Source: Candidatus Methylomirabilis limnetica (lineage in GTDB: Bacteria; Methylomirabilota; Methylomirabilia; Methylomirabilales; Methylomirabilaceae). From it: a stretch of 32,000 bases of DNA. A program made the translations under genes and the position numbers. The DNA is taken from the NCBI RefSeq assembly GCF_003044035.1, contig NZ_NVQC01000013.1, forward strand, positions 120,001 to 152,000. The letters run 5' to 3'. Below the pieces are notes generated by a model that saw only the letters and a list, made by a program, of their open reading frames with translations, ran no database searches and was not told the DNA's origin. The stretch's first letter is position 1. Each line of letters opens with the position of its first letter. Shown piece after piece: positions 1-9,992 of the stretch.

Positions 1-1334
1 TGAAGGCATTTGGAGACGTCCAAGGGGTCGCAGAGGCATTCCGTGACCTTGCGAAGACGGGGCGAACGGTATTCCTGGGCTACGAGTGTCTCGATCTGCA
101 AGCGTCGGTAGTTGCGGTTCTGGCAGATGGGAAACAGGTCGATCGGATCGATGTGGGGCAGGAGGGAGATGTCGTCCTCGACCAAACTCCTTTCTATGCA
201 GAATCTGGTGGTCAAGTGGGTGATACCGGGTACCTTCGTGGTGAGGCGCTTATCGCGGAGGTCCTGGATACCAAACGGCCGCTTACTGGATTAATCGTTC
301 ACCGAGTCCGGGTAAAGCGGGGCGACATCAGGAGAGGTCAGCGGCTCACGGCTTCGGTTGATGCATGCCGGCGCGACACGACGGTCAAGAACCACACAGC
401 AACCCACCTCGTCCACGCGGCCCTCCGGCAGATCCTCGGAGACCATGTGCGACAGGAAGGCTCGCTGGTTGCGCCGGACCGCTTGCGCTTTGACTTCCGG
501 CACTACGGGCCTCTGAGTCCCGCCGAGATCACTCAGATCGAGGAGATAGTCAATACTAGGCTCTGGGCCAACCAGCCGGTTGTGATCGAAGAGATGCGGA
601 TGGACGAGGCACTGGCCAAAGGCGCACTGGCCTTCTTCGGTGACAAGTATGGAGACGAGGTACGGGTAGTCAGTATCGCCGACTTTAGTATCGAGCTGTG
701 CGGAGGGGCCCACACCAAGGCCACAGGGGAGATCGGCCTATTTAAGATCTCGCATGAGACCGGCGTCGCTGCCGGCGTACGGCGGATCGAGGCTCTGACC
801 GGCCCTGGGGCCTTTCAGCACCTGAAGCGTGAGGGCGAGGTTCTGCAGGAATCGGCTGATCGGCTGAAGAGTAAGCCTCTTGAAGTTCCCGAAAAGGTTG
901 ACCGCCTCTTCGACGCGACACGCGCCCTCGAGCGAGAGGTCCAGCAGCTTCGGGCCAAGCTGGGTGCGGAAATGGCGGAGGAGTTGCTGAAGAAGGCGAC
1001 CCAAGTCTCCGGCGTCACGGTGGTGACGGGTCTGGCCGAGTGGTGTGATCAGCGGGCCCTACGGGAGCTCGCAGATAGACTGAGGGCCAAGATCAGCAGC
1101 GGGGTGATCGTTCTGGCAACGTCCTCGGATGGACGGGTAAGCTGGGTGGCGGCCGTGACACCCGACCTCACCTCGCGGCTGCACGCCGGCAAATTGGTGA
1201 AGGAGGTGGCAAGTATTACGGGTGGGAGCGGAGGCGGCCGGGCCGATCTCGCCGAAGCCGGCGGGAAGGATCCTGATAAGCTGAATCTGGCGCTCCAGCT
1301 TATCCCGGACTTGGTTAGACGGTTTCTCGCATGA
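1..1334 (+). CDS. alaS: alanine--tRNA ligase, C-terminal ~440 codons (5' end lies outside the window)
   Basis: The frame starting at nt 3 is open from the window edge (KAFGDVQGVAEAF...) into ORF 153..1334. AlaRS editing-domain motifs NHTATHLVHAALR and CGGAHTKATGEIG are present, plus a C-terminal GGGRADLAEAGG segment. Confidence 0.9.
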   Translation, partial: KAFGDVQGVAEAFRDLAKTGRTVFLGYECLDLQASVVAVLADGKQVDRIDVGQEGDVVLDQTPFYAESGGQVGDTGYLRGEALIAEVLDTKRPLTGLIVHRVRVKRGDIRRGQRLTASVDACRRDTTVKNHTATHLVHAALRQILGDHVRQEGSLVAPDRLRFDFRHYGPLSPAEITQIEEIVNTRLWANQPVVIEEMRMDEALAKGALAFFGDKYGDEVRVVSIADFSIELCGGAHTKATGEIGLFKISHETGVAAGVRRIEALTGPGAFQHLKREGEVLQESADRLKSKPLEVPEKVDRLFDATRALEREVQQLRAKLGAEMAEELLKKATQVSGVTVVTGLAEWCDQRALRELADRLRAKISSGVIVLATSSDGRVSWVAAVTPDLTSRLHAGKLVKEVASITGGSGGGRADLAEAGGKDPDKLNLALQLIPDLVRRFLA

Positions 1335-1429
1335 GCCCATTGTTGACCCTATTTCCCTTGGCGATCGCCGCCAGCCATGGTATCAATGACAAGAATCACT
1401 GATCAAATACCCTTTTGTGGGCAGCGTAG

Positions 1430-2059
1430 ATGACGATACCTCTTGCACGAGAAGGGTGGCCATTTATCCTAGCACCGCTGGGCCTGGCTGCCATCCTATG
1501 GGTTGCAGGGTGGCATGGTGGTGGCGTTGCTGTACTTGTTTTGGCTGTGTTGGTGGCGTTATTTTTCCGTGACCCACCCCGCGACGTCCCGCAGGGCAAG
1601 GGGTTGCTCCTTGCCCCTGGCGATGGGACCGTTGTCCAGGTTATCCCGTATCTTGGCCACGAGTTGCAAGAACCGGCCACCCAGATCAGCATCTTCCTAT
1701 CGGTTTTCAATGTACACATCAACCGTGCCCCGTTTCCCGCGGTGGTCGAAACGGTTGAGTACAAACCGGGGACATTTCGCCCCGCATGGGAGTCTAAGGC
1801 GTCGACAGGCAATGAACAGAACCTCATCATACTGAAGGCGCCGGAAGGCCGACTATTGGTGAAACAGATCGCAGGCTTGATCGCAAGGCGCGTTGTATGC
1901 CGGGTCGTTGCCGGGCAAAAGCTTGAGGCTGGAGAGCGATTCGGGCTGATTCGGTTTGGGTCGCGCGTAGATCTGATCGTTCCGGCACGTGCGGAGCTTT
2001 CCGTGAAACGCGGAGATCGTGTCAAGGGAGGAATCACTGTGATGGGGATGCTCCGATGA
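1430..2059 (+). CDS. psd: phosphatidylserine decarboxylase family protein (short type)
   Basis: 209-aa ORF with an ATG start and an N-terminal TM segment. It has the FGSRVD self-cleavage-type motif near the C-terminus. Its stop overlaps the pssA start (ATGA at 2056-2059). Confidence 0.85.
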   Translation: MTIPLAREGWPFILAPLGLAAILWVAGWHGGGVAVLVLAVLVALFFRDPPRDVPQGKGLLLAPGDGTVVQVIPYLGHELQEPATQISIFLSVFNVHINRAPFPAVVETVEYKPGTFRPAWESKASTGNEQNLIILKAPEGRLLVKQIAGLIARRVVCRVVAGQKLEAGERFGLIRFGSRVDLIVPARAELSVKRGDRVKGGITVMGMLR

Positions 2060-2856
2060 GCAAGGGCCGTCGCCGGCGGGGGGTCTACCTCCTACCAAGC
2101 CTGCTGACCATCAGCAATCTGCTGTGCGGGGTCTACGCTATCGTCGCCGTGCATAATGACGAGTACACCCGCGCAGCCATCGCTATTCTCATTGCGCTGA
2201 TTATGGATGGCCTCGACGGGGCCGTGGCTCGGCTCACCAACACCCAGAGCGACTTTGGAGTGCAGCTCGATTCGTTAGCGGATCTGGTTGCTTTCGGCGT
2301 CGCGCCCGCCATCCTCACCTATGCGTGGGCGATCAAACCCTACAGCAAGATGGGATTGCTGTTCGGATCGATCATCCCGACGGCGCTGTTCGTTTCGAGT
2401 GGCGCCTTCAGGTTGGCGCGTTTCAACGTTCAGACGCGAATTCTCGACAACCGCTATTTTGTCGGCCTCCCGATTCCGGCGGCCGCAGCGGTTATCGCCT
2501 CCTTCGTGCTCTTCATGCGAGAGTCGCCTTCGCTGATCCTCTTTCAGCGTGAGTTGCTCTCAGATCGGGTGACGTCTGCGCTCATGGTCGTCATCGTCTA
2601 CGCGCTATCGTTCTTGATGGTCAGTCCCCTCCGGTACCGCAGTCTGAAAGGGATCGAGATCAAGAAACGTCAACCCTTCGCGCTCCTCATCGGCCTGACA
2701 CTTGTGGTCTCGGTCATCGCTTCAGAGCCAGGATTGGTGGCCTTTTTCTGCTTCTTTCTCTATGCCATGTCTGGCGTCATTCGCATGATTCCGTCAATTA
2801 GAAGACACGTATCAGAGCCGGTGGAGCACGTGATCGGCGGGGAAGGTGGACCGTAG
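2056..2856 (+). CDS. pssA: CDP-diacylglycerol--serine O-phosphatidyltransferase (CDP-alcohol phosphatidyltransferase family)
   Basis: 266-aa polytopic membrane ORF carrying the CDP-alcohol transferase motif DGLDGAVARLTNTQSDFGVQLDSLADLV. It is translationally coupled to psd. Confidence 0.85.
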   Translation: MSKGRRRRGVYLLPSLLTISNLLCGVYAIVAVHNDEYTRAAIAILIALIMDGLDGAVARLTNTQSDFGVQLDSLADLVAFGVAPAILTYAWAIKPYSKMGLLFGSIIPTALFVSSGAFRLARFNVQTRILDNRYFVGLPIPAAAAVIASFVLFMRESPSLILFQRELLSDRVTSALMVVIVYALSFLMVSPLRYRSLKGIEIKKRQPFALLIGLTLVVSVIASEPGLVAFFCFFLYAMSGVIRMIPSIRRHVSEPVEHVIGGEGGP

Positions 2857-2957
2857 GGCAGGGCGGAAGGCTCGTTCCGTCGCCGCGAGAGGCAGCAACA
2901 GAGGATCAGTGAAGCGGAGATAGTTAGTTGTGTACGTCTCATGCTTCTGTGTATTTA

Positions 2958-3035
2958 CCGTTCGCCCTGAGCTGGTCGAAGGGTGAAGCATTTCGACAAG
3001 TTCCGTTCATGGTTCGACCAGCTCACCACGAACGG
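2958..3035. repeat. GC-rich palindromic REP/MITE-like element upstream of leuA
   Basis: CCGTTCG...CGAACGG termini. Internal perfect 12-nt arms GAGCTGGTCGAA (about 2969-2980) and TTCGACCAGCTC (about 3013-3024). Lies in the intergenic region. Confidence 0.7.
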
Positions 3036-3063
3036 AATATAAAGGGATACCCTAGAGGATAAG

Positions 3064-4611
3064 ATGGGCAATCGTATTATGATCTTCGACACCACGCTCC
3101 GGGATGGCGAGCAGGCGCCGGGCTGCAGCATGAATACCAGGGAGAAGCTGGAAATGGCCCGGCAACTGGCGCGTCTTAAGGTGGACGTGATCGAGGCCGG
3201 CTTTGCTATCGCCTCCGAAGACGACTTCGAGGCGGTCAAGACGATCGCCCAGAACCTGAAGGACGGACCGATCATTGCCAGCCTCTGCCGAGCTCGCGAT
3301 ATCGACATCGATCGCTCCTGGGAGGCGTTGCAATATGCTGAGCGCTCACGGATTCATATCTTCATCGCCACCTCCGAAATTCATATCACCTACAAGCTGA
3401 AATCAACCCATGAGGATGTCCTGCAGGCGGCTGTTACGGCAGTCAAGCATGCCAGGCGCTATACCGACGATGTCGAGTTCTCACCAGAGGACGCTCATCG
3501 GAGCGAGCAGGATTATCTCTGTAAGGTTGTTGAGGAGGTGATCAAGGCTGGCGCCACCACGATCAACATTCCAGATACGGTCGGCTATGGTGTCCCCTGG
3601 GAGTTTGGAGCCCGGATCAAGAATCTGTTCGATCGGGTGCCCAACATCGACAAAGCGGTGATAAGCTGCCACTGTCATAACGACCTTGGGCTGGCGGTGG
3701 CGAACTCGCTGGAGGCGATCAGAAACGGGGCCAGACAGGTTGAATGTACCATTAACGGAATCGGTGAGCGTGCCGGAAACGCCTCTCTGGAAGAGATCGT
3801 AATGGCGCTGCGGACACGAAAAGACCTGCTGGACTTCGAGGTCGGGGTCAATACGGAGGAGATCTACCGGTCCAGCAAGCTCCTGACCAGCATCATCGGG
3901 ATCCCCGTCCAGCCGAATAAGGCCATCGTCGGCGCCAACGCTTTCGCGCACGAGGCCGGTGTACACCAACACGGCATGCTGCAGAAGCCGCTCACCTATG
4001 AGATTATGACCCCCGAATCAGTGGGGGTGCCTCAGAGCCGACTGGTTCTGGGGAAGCACTCCGGGCGGCACGCCTTTAAGAAGCGGTTGGAGGAGCTGGG
4101 CGTGATGTTGGCTGAAGAGGCCTTAAACAGGGCCTTCATCCGGTTCAAGATCGTGGCCGATAAGAAAAAAGAGGTGTTCGACGACGACCTGCTGGCCATC
4201 GTCGAGGAGGAGGCCCTGGCTGCCGGCGAGACCTATACCCTTGAGTATCTGCAGTTCACGAGCGGTATCAACATCGTCCCCACTGCCACCGTGCGGCTCA
4301 AGCGAGAGAACGAGATCTTCCAGGAATCAGGCTGGGGGGATGGCCCGGTGGATGCGGCCTACAAAGCGATCGACCAGATCACGAAGATCCAAGGGCGGCT
4401 GGCTGACTACTCGATCAGGGCCATCACCGCCGGGAAGGACGCGTTGGGCGAGGTGGTCCTGAAGCTGGAAGTCAATGGCCATACCGTAATCGGCAGAGGA
4501 ACCTCTACCGATGTCATCGAGGCCAGCGTGAGAGCCTACCTGAACGCGATCAATAAGATTGTCGGCGCGGCTCGGCCTCCCAAAGATATGGCCGCGCCAA
4601 GGGGACTGTGA
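3064..4611 (+). CDS. leuA: 2-isopropylmalate synthase
   Basis: 515-aa ORF with ATG preceded by AGAGGA. Motifs [14 protein letters not shown] and [12 protein letters not shown], plus a C-terminal LeuA-type regulatory domain. Confidence 0.93.
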   Translation: MGNRIMIFDTTLRDGEQAPGCSMNTREKLEMARQLARLKVDVIEAGFAIASEDDFEAVKTIAQNLKDGPIIASLCRARDIDIDRSWEALQYAERSRIHIFIATSEIHITYKLKSTHEDVLQAAVTAVKHARRYTDDVEFSPEDAHRSEQDYLCKVVEEVIKAGATTINIPDTVGYGVPWEFGARIKNLFDRVPNIDKAVISCHCHNDLGLAVANSLEAIRNGARQVECTINGIGERAGNASLEEIVMALRTRKDLLDFEVGVNTEEIYRSSKLLTSIIGIPVQPNKAIVGANAFAHEAGVHQHGMLQKPLTYEIMTPESVGVPQSRLVLGKHSGRHAFKKRLEELGVMLAEEALNRAFIRFKIVADKKKEVFDDDLLAIVEEEALAAGETYTLEYLQFTSGINIVPTATVRLKRENEIFQESGWGDGPVDAAYKAIDQITKIQGRLADYSIRAITAGKDALGEVVLKLEVNGHTVIGRGTSTDVIEASVRAYLNAINKIVGAARPPKDMAAPRGL

Positions 4612-4626
4612 CCGCGAGGACGTGAC

Positions 4627-5649
4627 ATGGCGAACAGAACATACACGGTAGCGGTCGCCGGAGCCACCGGCGCGGTCGGAGAGACAATGCTTCGACTGCT
4701 CGAAGAGCGGAACTTTCCCGTCCGACGACTGAAGCTCCTGGCCTCCGAGCGCTCAACCGGGAAGAGCCTCACCTTCAAAGGGGAGGAGATCAAGGTCGAG
4801 CGGCTGGACGATGGCTCGTTCCAGGGGATTGATATCGCCCTCTTTTCGGCCGGCGCCACCCGCAGTCAGGAGTTCGCCCCGGCGGCTGTCAAGGCGGGCG
4901 CGGTCGTCATCGATAACAGCTCCGCGTTCCGGATGCAGTCCGATGTCCCGCTCGTCATTCCGGAGATCAACCCGGACGCGATTGCCGGGTATCAGGCTCG
5001 TGGCATCATCGCCAACCCCAACTGCACCACGATCGTCATGCTCATGCCGCTCAAGCCGCTGCACGACTATGGCCGGGTCAGGCGTGTCATCGTTTCGAGC
5101 TACCAGGCAGTGTCCGGTGCGGGGGCGAAGGGGATCGAGGAGTTGAGACGGCAGACGTTAGCCTGGGCCAGGGGCGAGCCGATCGAGGTCAGCGCCTTCC
5201 CCCAGCAGATTGCGTTCAACCTCATTCCTCACATTGACACGTTCCAGCCGAATGGCTACACGAAAGAGGAACTGAAGCTTGTCTTTGAGACCCGGAAGAT
5301 CCTGGGAGACGAATCGATCGGGGTCTCTCCCACTACCGTACGCGTCCCCGTCTTTACAGCCCATTCAGTTTCCATGAACGTCGAGACGGAACGAAAGATT
5401 GGGGTAGATAGGGCAAAGGAGTTACTCTCGAAGATGCCGGGACTTGTTGTGATCGATGAGCCAGAAGCAGGCCGCTACCCGATGCCGATCTTCGCGGCCG
5501 GCAAGGACGACTGCTTTGTCGGTAGGATCAGAGAAGATCTTACGAATGATCATGCCCTCAACCTCTGGGTGGTGGGAGACCAGCTTCGAAAGGGGGCGGC
5601 CCTGAACGCCATTCAGATCGCTGAGCTGTTAGTGGACCGCTATCTTTGA
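4627..5649 (+). CDS. asd: aspartate-semialdehyde dehydrogenase
   Basis: 340-aa ORF with N-terminal Rossmann motif VAGATGAVG, active-site IANPNCTT, and SYQAVSGAG. It starts 15 nt after leuA. Confidence 0.93.
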   Translation: MANRTYTVAVAGATGAVGETMLRLLEERNFPVRRLKLLASERSTGKSLTFKGEEIKVERLDDGSFQGIDIALFSAGATRSQEFAPAAVKAGAVVIDNSSAFRMQSDVPLVIPEINPDAIAGYQARGIIANPNCTTIVMLMPLKPLHDYGRVRRVIVSSYQAVSGAGAKGIEELRRQTLAWARGEPIEVSAFPQQIAFNLIPHIDTFQPNGYTKEELKLVFETRKILGDESIGVSPTTVRVPVFTAHSVSMNVETERKIGVDRAKELLSKMPGLVVIDEPEAGRYPMPIFAAGKDDCFVGRIREDLTNDHALNLWVVGDQLRKGAALNAIQIAELLVDRYL

Positions 5650-5683
5650 ACAGCCAACCCTTGATCTTCAAAGATAATCCATG

Positions 5684-5719
5684 ACAGGAGCGCTGAATCG
5701 GCGCTCCTGTTCGTCTTTT
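5684..5719 (+). terminator. rho-independent terminator downstream of asd
   Basis: Perfect 10-bp stem ACAGGAGCGC (5684-5693) / GCGCTCCTGT (5701-5710), a 7-nt loop, then TCGTCTTTT. Confidence 0.8.
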
Positions 5720-5775
5720 AGGACAATACCTCATTAAACTTTTATTTGCCCTTAGAGATGAACACCAGGACCAAT

Positions 5776-5830
5776 CACCCACTCCCCAACCCTCCCCCCT
5801 CGGAGGGGGAGGGGACGGGTGGGGGGGACT
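5776..5830. repeat. G/C-run hairpin element
   Basis: CCCTCCCC..tcgga..GGGGAGGG hairpin (about 5790-5814) flanked by C-runs and G-runs. Intergenic between the asd terminator and truA. Confidence 0.55.
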
Positions 5831-5842
5831 TTCGAAGCAGTG

Positions 5843-6637
5843 ATGCCTACCTTCAAATTGACGATCGAATACGATGGGACAGACTATCATGGCTGGCAAG
5901 TTCAGCCTGGAATGACCACCATTCAAGGAACGCTACAGAAAGCGGTCAAGCGGATTGTCGGGAAGGGCGTCCACGTCATGGGTGCAGGCAGAACCGATTC
6001 CGGCGTCCACGCCCTCGGTCAGGTCGCCAGTCTTCGAGCTGAATTCAGCCATCCACCAGACATTCTCCGGCGAGCCCTGACCAGTGTTCTGCCGCCCGAT
6101 ATCGTCGTGACGGCGGTGGAGGAGATGGACAACGACTTTCACGCTCAGCTCTGGGCGAAGTGGAAGCGGTACCGGTATACCATCCTTACGCGCCCATACC
6201 CATCCGCCCTCGAGCGTCGATACACCTTATTTGTCCCTTACCCACTCAAGATAGATGCCATGGCTGATGCCGCGAAGACCCTGATCGGTACCCACGATTT
6301 CAGCGCCTTTCAAGCGGCTGGTAGTTCCGTAAAATCTTCGATCCGAACGGTATTGGTAGCTGAGTTACGGCAGGAGGGGGATCACCTGTTGCTTGAGATC
6401 GTGGCGAGCGGGTTTCTCCGCCACATGATTCGGATCATCATGGGGACTCTGCTGGACGTTGGGAGGGGAAGATTACGGCCTGAAGATCTTAAAGCGATAC
6501 TTGAAGGAAAAGATCGCAACAATGCATCTAAGACTATTTCTCCACATGCACTATGTTTGCTCGAAGTGGGCTACCAGCCGTTCACGCCTCACGCCTCACG
6601 CCCTCACGTCCTTTCGCAGGAGGTTTGCTTCCCATGA
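5843..6637 (+). CDS. truA: tRNA pseudouridine(38-40) synthase
   Basis: Motifs FKLTIEYDGTDYHGWQVQPG and GAGRTDSGVHALGQV (catalytic Asp). I prefer the ATG at 5843 over the GTG at 5819, which lies inside the G-run repeat. Start is uncertain by a few codons. Confidence 0.88.
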   Translation: MPTFKLTIEYDGTDYHGWQVQPGMTTIQGTLQKAVKRIVGKGVHVMGAGRTDSGVHALGQVASLRAEFSHPPDILRRALTSVLPPDIVVTAVEEMDNDFHAQLWAKWKRYRYTILTRPYPSALERRYTLFVPYPLKIDAMADAAKTLIGTHDFSAFQAAGSSVKSSIRTVLVAELRQEGDHLLLEIVASGFLRHMIRIIMGTLLDVGRGRLRPEDLKAILEGKDRNNASKTISPHALCLLEVGYQPFTPHASRPHVLSQEVCFP

Positions 6638-8235
6638 GTGAAGCTACTGATCTCTCCAGGAGAAGGCTATTGCAATACCTCGGTCTCACCGCAGTGGCTA
6701 CGGCAGTAGTGCCGGAGTGGTTATTTGCGGCGGACGAACAGGGTTCCCAGGAACGCTCGGGTCAGTCGGAGCCGGATATCGAGGTCGGAATAACAGCCCA
6801 GCCAGCAGAGAGTCCGATCCTACCGGGTCGTCCGACAAAGGTATGGAAGTTCTCGGGGGAGTTGGTCAAGGGGCCGCCCGGCACCGTGGAGGATATCCCG
6901 GATAGCTATCTCGGCCCCATACTACGGTTGCGCCAGGGGCAAAAGGTCCGCATCCGTTTCCACAACAAACTGCCAGAACCCTGCGTGATCCATCAACATG
7001 GCCTGCATGTGCCTGAGAAGGCGGACGGCCACCCTCGGCATCAGATAGGCAGCGGTCAGACCTCTGTGTATGAATTCACGGTCCTCGATCGAGCCGGCAC
7101 CTATTGGTTCCACCCGCACACCCACCATCGGACCGCTGAGCAGGCCTACTACGGTCTGTCGGGTTTGATCCTCGTGACTGATGCTGAGGAGCAGTCACTG
7201 GATCTGCCGCGCGATGAGCATGATATTCCATTGGTCATTCAGGATCGCAGCTTTGATGACCACAACCAACTGCGCTATATCGGACATATGCATGATCGGT
7301 TCAGGGGGTTCTTGGGCGATCGGGTGCTGGTCAACGGCAAACCGGATTTTGTCCTCCCGGTGGCTACCCGAGTCTACCGCCTTCGGATCCTCAACGGATC
7401 GAATTCCCGCATCTACAAGTTGGCCTGGAACGATGGGAGCCCGTTGACCGTGATCGGCACTGATGGGGGGCTTCTGGAAAGCCCGGAGGTCCGCAACTAT
7501 CTGATGCTGGCCCCCGGTGAACGAGTAGACCTTTGGGCAGACCTTCGCGGCCGAAAGCTCGGTGACGAAATTACGCTGCGCAGCGCTGCCTTCTCTGGTG
7601 TGATGCCCATGATGGGCATGGGCGGCGGCATGATGGGGATGGGGCGCGGCATGCGAGGCGGGATGATGGGCGGGATGGGCGCCGCACTGCCTCACGGGGC
7701 GGAGTTCTCTATCCTGACAGCTCGCATTGTACGGGAGGAACGTGATCAGCGTGTCCTCCCGCGCCGCTTATCGCAGATTCAGCGGTACCGGCCGCAAGAT
7801 GCTGCCAATGCCCAGAAGCCCAAGTCCATTCATCTGTCCATGAGGGGTATGTCGCCACGACTGAACGGCCGCTCGTTTGAAATGACCAGGGTAGCTGAAG
7901 AGGAGATCATCCCGCTGAATACCATGCAGCTACTGGAATTCGTGAATCGGGACCACCGTGCCCACGGGATGATGATGGCCCACCCGATGCATATCCATGG
8001 TCAGCAGTTTCAGGTGCTCAAGCGAGAGATGGCCCCCGGATTTGAACGACATTACTCTTCGGTCAGTCAAGGGTTCGTAGATAATGGTTGGAAGGACACG
8101 GTGCTTGTGATGCCGGGGGAAAAGGTCACGATCCTCAAACGCTTTGACCATTTCACGGGCCTGTATCTTTATCACTGTCACAATCTCGAGCACGAGGACC
8201 TGGACATGATGCGAAACTTTCTGGTCCAGGCTTAG
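6634..8235 (+). CDS. Tat-exported multicopper oxidase (CueO/CopA-like) with a Met/Gly-rich insert
   Basis: The ATG at 6634 overlaps the truA stop (ATGA) and follows GCAGGAGG. Twin-arginine signal SRRRLLQYLGLTAVA. Copper ligand motifs HQHGLH, WFHPHTH, HPMHIHG and HCHNLEHEDLDMM. Insert MPMMGMGGGMMGMGRGMRGGMMGGMG lies at about 7600-7680. Confidence 0.88.
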   Translation: MSEATDLSRRRLLQYLGLTAVATAVVPEWLFAADEQGSQERSGQSEPDIEVGITAQPAESPILPGRPTKVWKFSGELVKGPPGTVEDIPDSYLGPILRLRQGQKVRIRFHNKLPEPCVIHQHGLHVPEKADGHPRHQIGSGQTSVYEFTVLDRAGTYWFHPHTHHRTAEQAYYGLSGLILVTDAEEQSLDLPRDEHDIPLVIQDRSFDDHNQLRYIGHMHDRFRGFLGDRVLVNGKPDFVLPVATRVYRLRILNGSNSRIYKLAWNDGSPLTVIGTDGGLLESPEVRNYLMLAPGERVDLWADLRGRKLGDEITLRSAAFSGVMPMMGMGGGMMGMGRGMRGGMMGGMGAALPHGAEFSILTARIVREERDQRVLPRRLSQIQRYRPQDAANAQKPKSIHLSMRGMSPRLNGRSFEMTRVAEEEIIPLNTMQLLEFVNRDHRAHGMMMAHPMHIHGQQFQVLKREMAPGFERHYSSVSQGFVDNGWKDTVLVMPGEKVTILKRFDHFTGLYLYHCHNLEHEDLDMMRNFLVQA

Positions 8236-8275
8236 CGTAATCAGGCTTCTGAAACCAATGAGTAAGGAGTGTATC

Positions 8276-9343
8276 ATGCTGTTAGTGGGAAAGAGCAGAT
8301 CTGAAGGCCGGGCCATTGCGATCGGCGTAGCCTTTCTCTTATGGGCAGTTCTATTTGAGCAGTCTGCGTTTGGTGGGGGGCCGCCAGCCAAATCGGTAGA
8401 TCCGGGAGTGGCTGCAAAGGTGGGTGACCAGATAGTCACGCTAGATGAGCTCGAGAAGGCGCTGGCCCCGCAGCTTGCCAAGCTGCAAGATCAGAAATTC
8501 CAGCTCATGGCGTCGAAGCTGGAGGAACTGATCGCGGGGCGCCTTCTGGCACTCGAGGCTAAGCGGCGCGCGATCACGGTTGAGGAGCTATTGAAGGCCG
8601 AGGTTACTTCGAAGGCGCCTGGGGTCACTGACACAGAGGTCACGGCATTCATAACGCAGAATAAGGCGCGGCTTCAGGGGCAGGAAGCCGAGATTCGCCC
8701 TAAGGTTCGCGAGCACCTGGTGGGTCAGAAACTACAAGAGACGCGCAGTACCTATCTGGCCGGCCTCCTGCAACGCGCCAAGGTTGAGCGCTTCCTGGAG
8801 GAACCAGAGCCGATTCGGATCCCGGTGAGTGCGGAAGGGGCCTTTGCTCAAGGCCCAAAGGATGCGCCAATCACCATCGTTGAGTTCTCCGACTTTCAAT
8901 GTCCGTACTGCAGTCGGGTCATCGCGACACTGAAAGAGGTGGTGCGGCTCTATCCTAAGCAAGTACGGTTAGCGTTCCGGGATTTCCCGATCGCCGGTCT
9001 TCATCCTAAGGCATTGAAGGCGGCTGAGGCGGCGCGATGCGCTGGCGAGAAGGGAAAGTTCTGGGAATACCACGACCTCCTCTTTGAGTCTCAGGCTCAA
9101 GCGACGCCCGCAGACTTCAAACGATTCGCTGAGCAGTTGAAGCTCGATGCCAACAGCTTCGCTACGTGCCTGGACAGTGGAAGGCACGCAGCAGCGGTCG
9201 CCGCTGATGTCCAGGAAGGGACGCGCCTCGGTATCACCGGGACCCCGACCCTTTTTATCAACGGGCGGTTTGTCGTTGGCGCCCTGCCATTGGAGGCCTT
9301 TCAGGGGATCATTGATCGCGAGCTTCGCCGCTCCTCGAAATAA
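8276..9343 (+). CDS. DsbA-family thiol:disulfide oxidoreductase with a long N-terminal helical extension
   Basis: AAGGAG lies 7 nt upstream of the ATG at 8276 (alternative ATG at 8258). N-terminal hydrophobic anchor. Thioredoxin-fold active site FSDFQCPYCSRV in the C-terminal half. Confidence 0.82.
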   Translation: MLLVGKSRSEGRAIAIGVAFLLWAVLFEQSAFGGGPPAKSVDPGVAAKVGDQIVTLDELEKALAPQLAKLQDQKFQLMASKLEELIAGRLLALEAKRRAITVEELLKAEVTSKAPGVTDTEVTAFITQNKARLQGQEAEIRPKVREHLVGQKLQETRSTYLAGLLQRAKVERFLEEPEPIRIPVSAEGAFAQGPKDAPITIVEFSDFQCPYCSRVIATLKEVVRLYPKQVRLAFRDFPIAGLHPKALKAAEAARCAGEKGKFWEYHDLLFESQAQATPADFKRFAEQLKLDANSFATCLDSGRHAAAVAADVQEGTRLGITGTPTLFINGRFVVGALPLEAFQGIIDRELRRSSK

Positions 9344-9397
9344 CCTTCAGCCTTCAGCCTAAACCCCTAAACATCACTCATGTTCAGGAGGCATGAA

Positions 9398-9847
9398 ATG
9401 TCGACCGAAGAGAACAAACGTTTGGTGCGTCGTCTCTACGAGGAAACCGATAAGCAGAATTTCGCGGCGATGGATGAGTTCTTCTCCGCCGATCTGATCG
9501 ATCACGACCCACCGCCGATCCCTAATCTTCAGCCCGGGCTTGAAGGGATCAAGCAGGCGTTCAGGGTGTTCGCGACCGCGTTCCCAGACGGCACCCATGT
9601 CATCCACGATCTGATTGCCGAGGGAGACCGGGTGGTGATCCGAGTGAGCGGAATCGGAACGCATCAAGGCGAATTCAAGGGTATCAAGCCAACTGGGAAG
9701 CCGGTCGAGATGACTGGCATTGCCATCTACCGTATCGATGGAGGGAAGATCGTGGAGCGATGGGCGCAGCACAACTTCCTTGGGTTCGTCATGCAGCAAT
9801 TGGGGGTGATCTCCGCTCACGGGCATGAGTCCTCACCCCCATCCTGA
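9398..9847 (+). CDS. SnoaL-like / predicted ester cyclase (NTF2 fold)
   Basis: CAGGAGG lies 6 nt upstream of the ATG at 9398. Sequence MSTEENKRLVRRLYEE...AFPD...IAEGDRVV...GTHQGEF.GI.PTGK...GKIVERW matches the ester-cyclase pattern as I recall it. Confidence 0.7.
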   Translation: MSTEENKRLVRRLYEETDKQNFAAMDEFFSADLIDHDPPPIPNLQPGLEGIKQAFRVFATAFPDGTHVIHDLIAEGDRVVIRVSGIGTHQGEFKGIKPTGKPVEMTGIAIYRIDGGKIVERWAQHNFLGFVMQQLGVISAHGHESSPPS

Positions 9848-9992
9848 CCAGCTCAAACTACATGCGCCCTCTACGCCTAACGGTCGAGATTACTCGCCAG
9901 GGATGGCGGCGAGCGACGTTGAATGTACGCGCATGCTCCCTCTTGATGGGGGAGGGTGGGAAAAATGGGCGGGTTCTTTTACTGGCGTGAGA

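Noticed and set aside
1396-2037. Long antisense or alternate-frame ORFs in the six-frame track: 1396..2037(-), 7195..7695(-), 7930..8481(-), 12863..13771(-), 28640..29260(+), 29471..30034(+), and many 60-170 aa ORFs inside leuA, asd, glgP and the kinase.
   Set aside because: Each lies wholly within, and opposite to or out of frame with, a CDS that has clear family motifs. Their translations are Arg/Pro/Ser/Gly-rich, as expected for shadow ORFs in GC-rich DNA.
6583-6611. Tandem CACGCC(C)T heptamer run as a possible phase-variation tract.
   Set aside because: There are only about four imperfect units. The 7-nt unit sits in the non-conserved truA C-terminal tail, and there is no evidence of length variability from a single sequence.
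5819-6633. Upstream starts offered by the ORF track: truA GTG 5819, oxidase 6553, STAS 22216, Hpt 22509, DsbA-like 8258, E1beta TTG 30010, E1alpha GTG 31041, DUF4139-like 12353.
   Set aside because: The downstream starts have proper Shine-Dalgarno spacing. They begin at the expected N-terminal features (Tat or Sec signal, domain start) and avoid reading through repeats or the preceding gene. The choices remain predictions.
9848-9992. Bidirectional terminator between the convergent SnoaL-like and sigma-54 regulator genes (CTCGCC..GGCGAG and CTCCC..GGGAG hairpins).
   Set aside because: The stems are short (5-6 bp) and neither strand has a following U-tract. The second hairpin belongs to the C/G-run repeat family.
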